From: Candidatus Aenigmatarchaeota archaeon
GTDB taxonomy: Archaea; Aenigmatarchaeota; Aenigmatarchaeia; CG10238-14; SpSt-28
NCBI GenBank assembly: GCA_038733315.1
Contig: JAVYPJ010000002.1
Coordinates: 84,571 to 148,570 of the forward strand
Length of the DNA: 64,000 nt
Reading direction: 5' to 3'
The position numbers were made by a program, and so were the translations under genes. The notes beneath the pieces are model-generated. The model made no database searches. It saw only the letters and a list, made by a program, of their open reading frames with translations, and was not told where the DNA came from. Shown here piece by piece: positions 28,277 through 38,136 of this stretch (positions are counted from its first letter, which is position 1; each line of letters opens with the position of its first letter).

Positions 28277-30625
28277 ATGATCGAAGAAATCTATTTAGAA
28301 AACTGGAAATCTCACGAAAAGTCTCATATAATTTTTGATAAAATAAACTTAATAATCGGAAGAATGGGTAGCGGAAAAACCTCTATTACAGATGCGATTT
28401 CTTTTACTCTTTTTGGAACATTTTCAGATTTGGTTTCGAAGAAAATGAAATTAGAAGATGTTATAATGAAAAAACCAAGAGAAAAAAAAATTGCAAAAGT
28501 TATTTTAAAATGTAAAATTCTTGGAAAGAATTTTGAAATTCATAGATATATAGAAAAAGATAAAGGTAGCTATGCTGAGATAAAAGATGAAAACAATAGA
28601 GTTATTCGCTCCGGAACTACTGATGTTAACGAGTTTATTAAAAAAATGTTAAAAATGGATTATCAAACATTTATAAACGTTGCTTACTCCGAACAAAATA
28701 AAATAGAGTTTTTTTTGAATTTAGAGAGAGGTGAAAGAAAAGTAAGGTTTGATCAAATGATAGGTATAGAGAGATTGGAAAGGATTAGAAAAACATGTAT
28801 AAGCTTAAAGAATAGATTAACAGACATTCATAAAGAAAAAGAAAATCTTCTTTCTAAGCTAATTTTGGAAGATTTGGATAAAAATATAAAAGATATTCTG
28901 AACAAAATAAAAGAATTAGAAAATAAAAATTTAGAATTAGAAAATGTAAGAATAAATACTATAGAAGAGATAGAAGATGTAAAAAAGAAATGTGAAGAGG
29001 GCAAAAAAGTAGAAAATGAAGTTAAAGAAATAGAAAAGAAAATTATAAACATTTCTACAAAAATAGAAGAAAATAAAAAATTTCTAAACGATTTACAAAA
29101 AGAGATAGGTAGTATTAGCAAAGAGATTATAGAGGAAGAAATTTTGGAAATAGATAAGAAAATACAGAGTTTAAAGAGCGAAATTTACGAGTTTGATAAT
29201 ATTACCAAAAAATTAAAAGAAGAAAAGGAATCTTTATCTAAAAAATTATTAGAGCATAAGCAGCTAATGGAAAGGAAAGCTCAAATAGAAAAAAAGTTAA
29301 ATGAGCTTTCAAACATAGAAAAAGATTTTGAAGAAGTTAATAATTTAATTGAAGAGGATAAAGTTAAGCTAAGAAATCTTGATTCTAAATTAATTGGTTT
29401 AAGGCTTGAGCTAGAGAAAGAAAAAAAATTAGTTGAAATACTTAGCGAAAAATTTAGCTTATGTCCTATTTGTGAAAGTGAAATAGGAGATGAAAAAAGG
29501 GAAAGAATTTTAAAAAAACATAAAGAGATTATTAGCGAATGTATAAAAAACATAGAGGCTATAGAGGATGAAATAGAAACGATAGAAAAAAATATAGAAA
29601 TAAATGAAAAAAAGAAAGAAAATTTATCAAAACTATTTTTTAGCAAAAAATCTTTAGAAGAGGAATTAAAAAGTATTAGCGATTTAAAAGAAGAAATAAT
29701 AGAAGAATTTAGTAAAAAGATTGCTGAGCTAGAAAATGAAATAAAAAAAAGAGAAGAAATTATTAATCTTAAGAGAGAAGAGATTATAGCCTTAGAATAC
29801 TCTAAGAAAGATAAAATTAGTAAAAAAGATAAACTCAATAAAAAATTTTTGTTAGAAAAAGAAATTGAAACTCTTTCAGAAGATTTAAAAAAATTGAATG
29901 ATAGGCTTAGTTACTTAACTTCTAATGAGAACTACAAAAAATTAAAAGAGCATGAAAACGAATTAAAAAGGTTAGAAATATATTTAGAGAAGATAAATTC
30001 TGAAATACAAAATAATAAAAAAATGATAGATTTGTTAGCTGAAAGAAAAAGAGAAATAGAAAAAAGAATTGAAATTAGAGAAAAGATGAAAAAAGAGAAA
30101 GAATATTTAGAAAGGGTTATAAACGATTTAAGCATTTTGGAGATTTGTGTTAAAGAAACTCAGCTAATAGTTAGAAGTAGTCTAATAGACGCGATAAACT
30201 ACTATTTATCTATGTATTGGAGAAAGATATATCCTTACCAAGATTATATAGATGCAAGATTTATAGCTACAGAGGACGATTATATATTACAAGTAAAAGA
30301 TTCCTTAGGAAGATGGGTAGAGCTAGATAAAGTAGCATCTGGTGGAGAAAGAACATTAGCTGCGATTTGTTTAAGAATAGCATTTTCAAAAGTTTTAAAT
30401 CCAATATTGAATATTATTATATTTGACGAGCCTACTCATAACTTAGATGAAGAGGCTATAATAAAATTTGCAAAAATTATTAATGAGAGTTTTGCAGAGA
30501 TTTTTAATCAAGTATTTATAATAACACATGATGAAAGATTCAAAAGCTTAGTAAGTGGTAACATAATAAAAGTAGAAAGAAATAAAATAGATGATTTGCC
30601 TTCAAAAGTAATTTTTGAAGAATGA
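28277..30625 (+). CDS. rad50: DNA double-strand break repair ATPase Rad50
   Basis: NWKSH, GRMGSGKTS, zinc hook CPIC, SGGER, FDEPTHNLD, ITHD. Confidence 0.95.
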   Translation: MIEEIYLENWKSHEKSHIIFDKINLIIGRMGSGKTSITDAISFTLFGTFSDLVSKKMKLEDVIMKKPREKKIAKVILKCKILGKNFEIHRYIEKDKGSYAEIKDENNRVIRSGTTDVNEFIKKMLKMDYQTFINVAYSEQNKIEFFLNLERGERKVRFDQMIGIERLERIRKTCISLKNRLTDIHKEKENLLSKLILEDLDKNIKDILNKIKELENKNLELENVRINTIEEIEDVKKKCEEGKKVENEVKEIEKKIINISTKIEENKKFLNDLQKEIGSISKEIIEEEILEIDKKIQSLKSEIYEFDNITKKLKEEKESLSKKLLEHKQLMERKAQIEKKLNELSNIEKDFEEVNNLIEEDKVKLRNLDSKLIGLRLELEKEKKLVEILSEKFSLCPICESEIGDEKRERILKKHKEIISECIKNIEAIEDEIETIEKNIEINEKKKENLSKLFFSKKSLEEELKSISDLKEEIIEEFSKKIAELENEIKKREEIINLKREEIIALEYSKKDKISKKDKLNKKFLLEKEIETLSEDLKKLNDRLSYLTSNENYKKLKEHENELKRLEIYLEKINSEIQNNKKMIDLLAERKREIEKRIEIREKMKKEKEYLERVINDLSILEICVKETQLIVRSSLIDAINYYLSMYWRKIYPYQDYIDARFIATEDDYILQVKDSLGRWVELDKVASGGERTLAAICLRIAFSKVLNPILNIIIFDEPTHNLDEEAIIKFAKIINESFAEIFNQVFIITHDERFKSLVSGNIIKVERNKIDDLPSKVIFEE

Positions 30626-31311
30626 GATTTGTAAAAAACTTTGCTTGCGTTTTTTTAAAAGATATTTCTTCTATAGTGATAGGGGATTTGCATATAGGTT
30701 TTGAAATAGAATTGATAAAACAAGGTATAAACGTAGCTCTAATGGATAAAATAATTACCGATTTAGAAGTTTGTAAGAAAAAAACTAAAGCTAAAAACAT
30801 TATTCTTCTAGGGGATGTAAAGCATTCCATAGGGTTTCCTAAGAGTAGGCTTGAAATAAAAAATCTAATAAAATTTTTTGATTTTTTAAAGGATAGTTTT
30901 GAAAAAATATATGTAGTTAAGGGAAATCATGATGGTAGGCTAGAAGAAATTATAAAAGACGAAAGAATAAAAATATATTCTTCTCGCGGATTCTTTTTAT
31001 CTAAATATGGCTTTTTCCATGGAAATTCGTATCCAATTAAAAATGTTATAAGCTCTAGAATATTATTCTGCTCTCATGTGCATTCAAAATATTTTTTGCC
31101 AAAGGATAAAAGAATTTTTGAAGTAAGAGTTTATTTAATCTTTAAAGTAAAGAAAGAGATTAATAGAAGTGGAAAAATTGTAGTTATACCACCATTTTCT
31201 TCAATAATTTCAGGTAAAGATGTAGAGGAGTGTATAAACGAAAGTATAATAAGCAATATTGTAGAGAATAGCTCTATTGAAATATTAACAATTGATGGAA
31301 TAAAAATTTAA
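30622..31311 (+). CDS. Metallophosphoesterase (MJ0037/PdeM-like)
   Basis: GDLHIGFE, LGDVKH, KGNHDG, FHG, SHVH, PPFS. Confidence 0.85.
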   Translation: MRFVKNFACVFLKDISSIVIGDLHIGFEIELIKQGINVALMDKIITDLEVCKKKTKAKNIILLGDVKHSIGFPKSRLEIKNLIKFFDFLKDSFEKIYVVKGNHDGRLEEIIKDERIKIYSSRGFFLSKYGFFHGNSYPIKNVISSRILFCSHVHSKYFLPKDKRIFEVRVYLIFKVKKEINRSGKIVVIPPFSSIISGKDVEECINESIISNIVENSSIEILTIDGIKI

Positions 31312-31353
31312 ATATATTTTAAATTCATACGAATAATATTTTTATAATAAACC

Positions 31354-31462
31354 GGGCCCGTAGCTCAGTATGGTAGAGCGGCGGGCTTTTAGTTTTAAAC
31401 TAAAAGCTCTGATATAAAATGAAGAAACCCGTAGGTCGCGGGTTCAAATCCCGCCGGGCCCA
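31354..31462 (+). tRNA. tRNA-Lys(UUU) with 35-nt intron at 37/38 (31392..31426)
   Basis: Body nearly identical to tRNA-Lys(CUU); GCGGG/CCCGT stem; BHB helix CUUU pairs with GAAG. Confidence 0.92.
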
Positions 31463-31486
31463 AAAAATTAATTAAAATTCGAAAAA

Positions 31487-32350
31487 TTAGATTTTTGTTC
31501 TAATCTCTATGATATCTTTATCTTCTAGCTTAAAGTTTAGCCCAGCTCTTATTTCTTTTTCTCCTCTAACTACTATACAAAATTTAAACGTTTCTAACAT
31601 TTTTTTATCAATTTCTTTTATTGCATCTTCAACGGTAGAACCTCTTTTAAGAATTAAAGCCCTTTCACTAATTTCTTTGCCCGGTGGTTTAGTGAATATT
31701 CTTATTTTATTTAGAGAATTCCAAATTTTGGTAAAAAGCTTATCATAACAATTTATAGAGTATTCTATATCGCTAACCTTCTTATCTTTTATAACTTCAT
31801 TTAAAGCTAATATTAAATTATTTAAACTATATTTTTCTTTTATTTTATTAAATACTTCTATTTGAGTTTCTATTTCAATTGCGTTAGAAATCAAAAAAAT
31901 ATTTGCATCGGAAATTCTTGGAATCCACATATGTTGTGGAAGAAATAATGAAGGGATTTCAACTATTTGAAAATCTATACCTTCGAAAATAAACATTCCA
32001 CTTTTTGGCTCTTTTGTTTCATATTCTTTTTCTGTACTCTCTAAATTTGTTCCACATAATCTATTTAGCCAATAGCTTTTTCCAGAGTTAGTAGTTCCAA
32101 GTAGAGAAACCAAAATACTCCCAGTTTTTTTAAAAAAAGAATATCCACCAGCTTTCTTACTTTTTTTCTCTAAAGCAGCTTTTAACTTAGATAACCTTTT
32201 CCTTAAATCAGCTAACAAATTTTCAGTTCCTTTATGTCTAGGTGTTACAGAAATAAGTTTTTCAAGCCAATAAATTTTTTCTTCCAAAGTTTTTGCATCC
32301 AAGTATTTTCTTTCTGTAGCATACCATTCAGCCGGTAAGTTAGCGGGCAT
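31487..32350 (-). CDS. DRG/OBG-family GTPase with TGS domain (short, degenerate G3/G4)
   Basis: MPANL...TPRHKGTENLLADLRKRLS DRG N-terminus, G1 GTTNSGKS, C-terminal IRIFTKPPG...LEDKDIIEI TGS domain. Confidence 0.88.
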   Translation of the reverse strand: MPANLPAEWYATERKYLDAKTLEEKIYWLEKLISVTPRHKGTENLLADLRKRLSKLKAALEKKSKKAGGYSFFKKTGSILVSLLGTTNSGKSYWLNRLCGTNLESTEKEYETKEPKSGMFIFEGIDFQIVEIPSLFLPQHMWIPRISDANIFLISNAIEIETQIEVFNKIKEKYSLNNLILALNEVIKDKKVSDIEYSINCYDKLFTKIWNSLNKIRIFTKPPGKEISERALILKRGSTVEDAIKEIDKKMLETFKFCIVVRGEKEIRAGLNFKLEDKDIIEIRTKI

Positions 32351-32379
32351 AATTAAAGATAAAAACGATATAAAAAATT

Positions 32380-32613
32380 ATGAAACTAAAAATGGAAATA
32401 GATCTTAAAGATGAAAAAATCTCGAATAAAATTTTTAATTCTATATATCCAGACCTAAAGAAAGAAAAGATGTGTTTGGATGGGAGTAAAATAGTGTATG
32501 AAATAGAGGACGAAAACTTTTCTCATATTCTTGCTTCCTGTACATCTATATTAAAGCTAATAAACGAGGCTATAAAGATAGAAAGAAATCTTGAGGAAAA
32601 AAAGTTAAAATAG
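32380..32613 (+). CDS. pcc1: KEOPS complex subunit Pcc1
   Basis: 77 aa; KIFNSIYPD...IVYEIEDENFSHILASCTSILKLI pattern. Confidence 0.75.
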   Translation: MKLKMEIDLKDEKISNKIFNSIYPDLKKEKMCLDGSKIVYEIEDENFSHILASCTSILKLINEAIKIERNLEEKKLK

Positions 32614-33379
32614 TGAGCTGAAATAATTTTTCAAGGATTAGAAGAACTAAAACAAATAGAAATGTTGGAGCATATCTTACACCCTCTTTTATATAAACAT
32701 ATCTTACACCTTTTTTCTTTAGTTCCATAATTTCTTTTTTAGTTATCCCTCTCCATGTTTTGAAATCGTATAATACATCACCTTCTTTAAGCTCAGTTAT
32801 AGAAACTCTTTTAATCATAAGTTTTTTTACATAGTTTAGAAAGGGTATAGAAAGATAAAGAAATATTAAGAATGAAAATAGAAATTCAACAAATTTCATA
32901 GATTGGATAAAGTATAAAGAAATAAACAAGAGGTATAAAGATGAAATCATAGAAAGTATAGATATAGCTGGCATTTTTTCATTTCTTTTAGAAACTATAA
33001 CAAAAATAAGTGAAAAGATAAATATAAAAATTATTCCTGTAGAAAACGTAATTAAAATCCAATTAATAATTTCAAAAAAGTTTCTAAATACATTCAACAA
33101 ACCTAAGGATAAGAGTAGAAAAGAATCACCCATACCCCATTGGCCAGTAAAATACAACAAAAAACCTATTCCACCAAAAGCTATTAAATTAATAGCTAAA
33201 TTTTTTAAAATATTTGTATCTTGATAATAAAAAAATTGAAGTATGTTTATTGCTAAAAGAATTGATATAAAGAAATAAACTTCCATATCTTTAATTTCTG
33301 TAGTTTTAATATCATCAATACTGGCCTTTGTAAAAAATATTTTTGTTACTATTATTTTTGATAAATCAAAAAAGTCCAT
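32570..33379 (-). CDS. Prepilin/prearchaellin peptidase (A24)
   Basis: ASIDDIKTTEI (first Asp), WGMGDS (GxGD), C-terminal GVRYAPTF; multi-TM. Confidence 0.88.
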   Translation of the reverse strand: MDFFDLSKIIVTKIFFTKASIDDIKTTEIKDMEVYFFISILLAINILQFFYYQDTNILKNLAINLIAFGGIGFLLYFTGQWGMGDSFLLLSLGLLNVFRNFFEIINWILITFSTGIIFIFIFSLIFVIVSKRNEKMPAISILSMISSLYLLFISLYFIQSMKFVEFLFSFLIFLYLSIPFLNYVKKLMIKRVSITELKEGDVLYDFKTWRGITKKEIMELKKKGVRYVYIKEGVRYAPTFLFVLVLLILEKLFQLTILTFFPQDFFLSL

Positions 33380-33411
33380 AAGTTAATATTAATGATATTT
33401 GGTATATTATT

Positions 33412-35241
33412 ATGTTAAGATTTCTGGCAAGAGATTTAAACCTTAATTTAGAGGATTTAGAAATAAAGGATAAGTATGGAGATATTAGCTTTAACATTTT
33501 TAAAATTTCAAAGAAATATAGTATTAATTCGGAAATTATTGAGAAAGAGCTTGAAAAAAATATTAAAAGTTCTATTTATATAAAGAAAGTTGAAAAGATT
33601 AATGGGTTTATAAATTTATACCTAAATTGGCCAAAAGTTTTAACAAAGTTTTTAAAAGAAAAAATAGTTGAAGAAAAAATTATAGCTAACAAAATTCTTG
33701 TAGAACATACTAGTGCTAATCCAAACAAAGCTTTGCACGTAGGTCATTTAAGAAATGCGTGCTTAGGCGATAGTATATATAGATTTTTGAAAAAACTCGG
33801 AAATAAAGTATACGTTGCAAATTATATAGACGATACCGGATCACAAATGGCAGAGCTTTTAATAGCTTTTAGATATTTGAATAAAAATATTGAAACAGAA
33901 GAAAAATTTGATTTATATTGCGGGAAAATTTATGCTGAAGTAAATAAGTTATTAGAAACGGATGAAAATATAAAAAAGTTAAAGAGTGTTATAATAAAAG
34001 ATTTAGAAAGAAAAAACTCTTTTATTTCGGAATTTAATAGAGAAATTGTTAATAAAGTTGTGTTATCGCAGCTAGAAACTTTATGGTATTTAGATATATA
34101 TTTCGATTTTTTAAATAAAGAAAGCGATATTTTAAATTTCGGCTTATGGAATGAAACTTTTGAAAGGCTTAGCAAAGTGGGAAAAATAGAATTTATAGAA
34201 GGCGGAGAAGAAATCGATAAGTTAGATGAATATTCAACTTCTATGACTAAAAGAAAAGTAGGAACATATGTTATAAAGTCAAAATCTACCGATTTAGTTT
34301 TAGTAAAAAGCGATGGAACTCTTACATATTTGGCAAAGGATATTGCTTACGCTCTTTGGAAGCATGGAATTCTATCTAAGAATTTTTTGTTTTCTGAATT
34401 TGTTAAACAACCAAATGGAAAAATTCTATATCAAACATACGAATTAGGAAGAAAGATAGAGGATTTTGAAAATTTCGATTTAACTATTAATATTATCGGT
34501 AGAGAGCAAGCAGAAAATCAGTATGTAATAGAGAAACTCATTAACGAATTTTCAAAAAATAAAAAATACGTATATTATTCCTACGGTTTAGTATTTTTAT
34601 CTAAGAATGCATTAAAAGAGCTTGGAATAAACTTAGAAGAGGAAAAAAGCTTTTTAAAAATGAGCGGTAGAAAAGGATTAGTAATAAATGTTGACGATTT
34701 AATTAAAAAATTTGAAGAAAAGGTCGAGAAAAATCTTAAAGATAGAGGTATTCAAAATAAAGATTTAGTTAGAAAGATTGTTAAGAGTTGTTTGAGATAT
34801 GAAATGATAAAATTAGATAGAAACAAAGATTTAATTTTTGACTTTGAAAATGCTATGAAAATAGATGGGAATTCTGCACTATATCTTATGTATACATATG
34901 CAAGAATAAACTCTATAATAAAAAAACTAGAAGAAAAGAATGATTTAGAAATTAATGAGTTTGATTGTGAGTTGGAAGAATATGAGTTGAGTTTAGCTAA
35001 ACATATTTTAATGTTAGATTCCATTATAAACTCCTCTTTAAAGAATTTGGAGATAAATCAAATCGCGAATTACTGCTATGAGTTAGCTAAAAATTTTAAC
35101 ATTTTCTATGAAAAATGCAGAATAGTTGATGAAAAGGATAGGAATAAAAAAGAGTTAAGGAAATGTTTACTATTTTTAACAAAAAATATATTTGATTTTC
35201 TTTTTGAGGTTATAGGCATAGAGAAGGTCGAAAGGATTTAA
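33412..35241 (+). CDS. argS: Arginyl-tRNA synthetase
   Basis: VEHTSANPNKALHVGHLRN, KSDGTLTYLAKDIAY, MSGRKG, YLMYTYAR, ERI C-terminus. Confidence 0.96.
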   Translation: MLRFLARDLNLNLEDLEIKDKYGDISFNIFKISKKYSINSEIIEKELEKNIKSSIYIKKVEKINGFINLYLNWPKVLTKFLKEKIVEEKIIANKILVEHTSANPNKALHVGHLRNACLGDSIYRFLKKLGNKVYVANYIDDTGSQMAELLIAFRYLNKNIETEEKFDLYCGKIYAEVNKLLETDENIKKLKSVIIKDLERKNSFISEFNREIVNKVVLSQLETLWYLDIYFDFLNKESDILNFGLWNETFERLSKVGKIEFIEGGEEIDKLDEYSTSMTKRKVGTYVIKSKSTDLVLVKSDGTLTYLAKDIAYALWKHGILSKNFLFSEFVKQPNGKILYQTYELGRKIEDFENFDLTINIIGREQAENQYVIEKLINEFSKNKKYVYYSYGLVFLSKNALKELGINLEEEKSFLKMSGRKGLVINVDDLIKKFEEKVEKNLKDRGIQNKDLVRKIVKSCLRYEMIKLDRNKDLIFDFENAMKIDGNSALYLMYTYARINSIIKKLEEKNDLEINEFDCELEEYELSLAKHILMLDSIINSSLKNLEINQIANYCYELAKNFNIFYEKCRIVDEKDRNKKELRKCLLFLTKNIFDFLFEVIGIEKVERI

Positions 35242-35266
35242 ATTTTTAATTAATGAATTAAATACT

Positions 35267-35728
35267 ATGCTGCTATCTGTTATAAGGCTAAGGAGTGGGA
35301 TAAAAGCTGGGAAAGAAATAAAAGATACTTTAATGCTTTTGAATTTAAGATATATAAATTCTTGTGTATTGGTTGAGGATAACAAATCTATATTAGGAAT
35401 GTTAAAAAAAGTAAAAGATTATGTTTGCTATGGAGAGATAGATAAAGATGTATTAACACTTTTGCTAAAAAAAAGACTAAGAAAAATTGGGGATAGGAAA
35501 GTTGAACTCGAAGATTTAAAAAAATATGGCATAAACTCTTTCGAAGAATTGGCTGAAATCCTATATACAGGAAAAAAGAGTTTAAAAAATTTTAAAGAAT
35601 TCAAAAAAGTTTTTAGGTTGCATCCACCAAAAGGCGGTTTTAAGAAAAGTAAAAAATTAGAATATCCAAAGGGAATTTTAGGATATGTCGGAAAAGAAAT
35701 TAATGAAGTACTGAAAAGAATGATATAA
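35267..35728 (+). CDS. rpl30: 50S ribosomal protein L30 (uL30)
   Basis: VIRLRS...DTLMLLNL...GMLKKVKDYVCYGE...FRLHPPKGG. Confidence 0.95.
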   Translation: MLLSVIRLRSGIKAGKEIKDTLMLLNLRYINSCVLVEDNKSILGMLKKVKDYVCYGEIDKDVLTLLLKKRLRKIGDRKVELEDLKKYGINSFEELAEILYTGKKSLKNFKEFKKVFRLHPPKGGFKKSKKLEYPKGILGYVGKEINEVLKRMI

Positions 35729-36235
35729 ATGAAGATTTTTATTAGCGGTTTGCCTAGATGCGGAAAAACAACTTTAATAAAAAAGATTTTTGAAAGTTAT
35801 AAGGATAGAATTTTAATCAGCGGATTTTATACTGAGGAAATTTTGAATTCTATGAATGAGAGAATTGGTTTTAGAATTTTTTCTATTGATTTAAATAAAG
35901 AATTTTTATTTGCATCCAAATTAGAAAAATCAAACATAAAATACGCTGGATATAATCTTTTTCTTGAAAATTTAGAAAAAGTATTAAATTCGATAAAACT
36001 CGATTCGAATTTAATTTTAATAGATGAAATAGGTAAAATGGAAATGCTTAGTAAGAGGTTCGAAGAATTTGTTTTTAAAATTTTAAATTCTAACATTAAT
36101 CTAATAGCTACTTTACATAGAGCTTATTTTTATAAATTTTCAAAATGCGGAAAAGTTTTTTGGTTAGAAAAAGCAAACTGGCAAAAAATATATGATGAAA
36201 TTTTAAAGATTATTCAAAATACTTTTTTACGTTAA
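35729..36235 (+). CDS. Nucleoside-triphosphatase (THEP1/NTPase_1)
   Basis: SGLPRCGKTT, GFYTEE, RIGF, IDEIGKME, IATLH. Confidence 0.92.
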   Translation: MKIFISGLPRCGKTTLIKKIFESYKDRILISGFYTEEILNSMNERIGFRIFSIDLNKEFLFASKLEKSNIKYAGYNLFLENLEKVLNSIKLDSNLILIDEIGKMEMLSKRFEEFVFKILNSNINLIATLHRAYFYKFSKCGKVFWLEKANWQKIYDEILKIIQNTFLR

Positions 36236-36267
36236 ACTTATGTTATTAATTTATTATGTATTTTAAT

Positions 36268-36341
36268 GGGCGGGTAGCTTAGCCTGGTGGAGCGCCCGGC
36301 TGATAACCGGGAGGTCGGGAGTTCAAATCTCCCCCCGCCCA
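36268..36341 (+). tRNA. tRNA-Ile(GAU)
   Basis: GGGCGGG/CCCGCCC acceptor, CCCGG-CT GAT AA-CCGGG anticodon arm. Confidence 0.97.
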
Positions 36342-36342
36342 A

Positions 36343-36705
36343 CTATATAAACAAAGAAAGCTTAGCCGAGAAAAACCTTAGATATATTTTTCTTATTCTA
36401 GTGAATTTTCCCTTTACAAAACAGTTAACACTAATGAATTTTATTTCAAAGTTCCTTTTTATAAAGGATACTAAGTTTAAATATATTGCACTTATCTTGG
36501 TATAAAACCATAAAAAGATTATCGCAGATACGACCATAGTAATTCCTATGTTAATTGGTAACAAAATCTGTTTTATGTCCAATCTTAGCGTGGCTGATAT
36601 TAGAGTTCCGAAAAACACAAGAACATCCAAAACAGTGCTATAAATTGCTAAATCTATCATAATCTTTTTGGCAAGGTTTTTATTTTGCAAAATTTCAAAT
36701 ATCAT
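36343..36705 (-). CDS. Hypothetical membrane protein
   Basis: 120 aa with 2 TM segments. Confidence 0.55.
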   Translation of the reverse strand: MIFEILQNKNLAKKIMIDLAIYSTVLDVLVFFGTLISATLRLDIKQILLPINIGITMVVSAIIFLWFYTKISAIYLNLVSFIKRNFEIKFISVNCFVKGKFTRIRKIYLRFFSAKLSLFI

Positions 36706-36739
36706 ATTTTAAAATGTGCAAACTCTCTTATAAAGATTT

Positions 36740-38113
36740 CTATGAAATTTTGATTTTTTCAGCTATTCTTTCAACTATTTGTTTTAATTCTTCAAATCTT
36801 TTTTCACTCTTAGATTCATAAGCAATAGAAATTTTAGGTTCTGTATTAGATGGTCTTACAGTAATCCAACTGTCTTTATCTATCCAAATTTTAACTCCAT
36901 CTATAGTTTCTGGTTTATAATCCTTAAACTCTTCTTTTAATTCCTCAACTATTTTGAATTTTAACTCTTCCTTAGTTTCTATTCTTTTAGTTTCATAATA
37001 ATAGCTAGGAACATCTTTTACTATTTCGGAAACTTTTTTATTTGTTTTAGAAAGAAACTCCAAAATTTTTAAAGTTATAAAGATAGTATCATCAAGATAG
37101 AAATTTTCTTTTACATAAAAATGGTAAGAGATTTCAGCACCTAAGAAAGCTTTGTTTTTAAACATTTCTCTTTGAATATAACATCTGCCAACTTTTGATA
37201 CTATAGGCTTAGCTCCAAATTTCTTAATCTCTTCTATAGCCGCTAAGGAGCTCAAAACTTCTATAACTACTTTTTTGTTTTTCATTTTTTTGCCATAGCT
37301 ATGCATTAGTAGGGATAGAATTTGGTGGGAAGAAAGGACATTCCCCTTTTCATCAACTATAACAACTCTATCCGCATCTCCATCATATGCAAATCCAATA
37401 TCTGCTTTTTCTGTTAAAATTTTTTCTACTAGTTTGGATAGATTTTCCTTTTTTGGCTCTGGCGATCTATTTGGAAAGTTTCCATCGAATCTACAATAAA
37501 GCTCTATTACATTACCTTTATTAAACATTTTTACAATTTTTGGAGCTAATTCGCTAGCAGCACCGTTACCAGCGTCTATTAAAACTTTAAGATTGCTTTC
37601 AAAACAAAACTTATCTTTAAGATATTTTATGTACAACTCCTCTATATTTATTTTTTGAACATTTCCAATTCTGCTAGTTTTTTTAAAGTTTTTACTTATA
37701 AAAATTTCTTTAACTTTTGACAGACCATAATCTAATCCAAGCTCTAAGCCCTTATCGTTAATTATAAAACCATTCCATTCTTTTGGATTATGAGAAGCAG
37801 TTATAGTAACACCAAATCTGCAATTAAGTAGTATTACCGCTAGATTGCATAGCGGCGTTGGATTAATTCCAATATCTATTACATTCATTCCACTCTCAAC
37901 TAAGCCTTTAATAAGTGAGTTTTTAAGACTTTCACTACTAATCCTTACATCACTATTTATTACCACTTTCTTATTTCTACAACAAAAATAGCTTGATAGA
38001 GCTTTTCCTAGTTCATAAGCAAAATCTTCATTTATTTCGTTCGGATATATTCCTCTAATATCATAAGCTCTAAATATTTTTGAGTATATCTGATTTTCCA
38101 TAAAATATTGCAA
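36740..38113 (-). CDS. Phosphomannomutase/phosphoglucomutase
   Basis: FRAYDIRG, TASHNP, DGDADR, GAEISYH, RPSNTEP. Confidence 0.95.
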   Translation of the reverse strand: MQYFMENQIYSKIFRAYDIRGIYPNEINEDFAYELGKALSSYFCCRNKKVVINSDVRISSESLKNSLIKGLVESGMNVIDIGINPTPLCNLAVILLNCRFGVTITASHNPKEWNGFIINDKGLELGLDYGLSKVKEIFISKNFKKTSRIGNVQKINIEELYIKYLKDKFCFESNLKVLIDAGNGAASELAPKIVKMFNKGNVIELYCRFDGNFPNRSPEPKKENLSKLVEKILTEKADIGFAYDGDADRVVIVDEKGNVLSSHQILSLLMHSYGKKMKNKKVVIEVLSSLAAIEEIKKFGAKPIVSKVGRCYIQREMFKNKAFLGAEISYHFYVKENFYLDDTIFITLKILEFLSKTNKKVSEIVKDVPSYYYETKRIETKEELKFKIVEELKEEFKDYKPETIDGVKIWIDKDSWITVRPSNTEPKISIAYESKSEKRFEELKQIVERIAEKIKIS

Positions 38114-38136
38114 TATAAATTAACTTTTTAATTTTT

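Noticed and set aside
22589-30135. Long antisense ORFs rich in S/F/L/I opposite smc, rad50, thermosome, nrdJ etc.
   Set aside because: They are typical reverse-strand shadows of K/E-rich genes in AT-rich DNA and carry no motifs.
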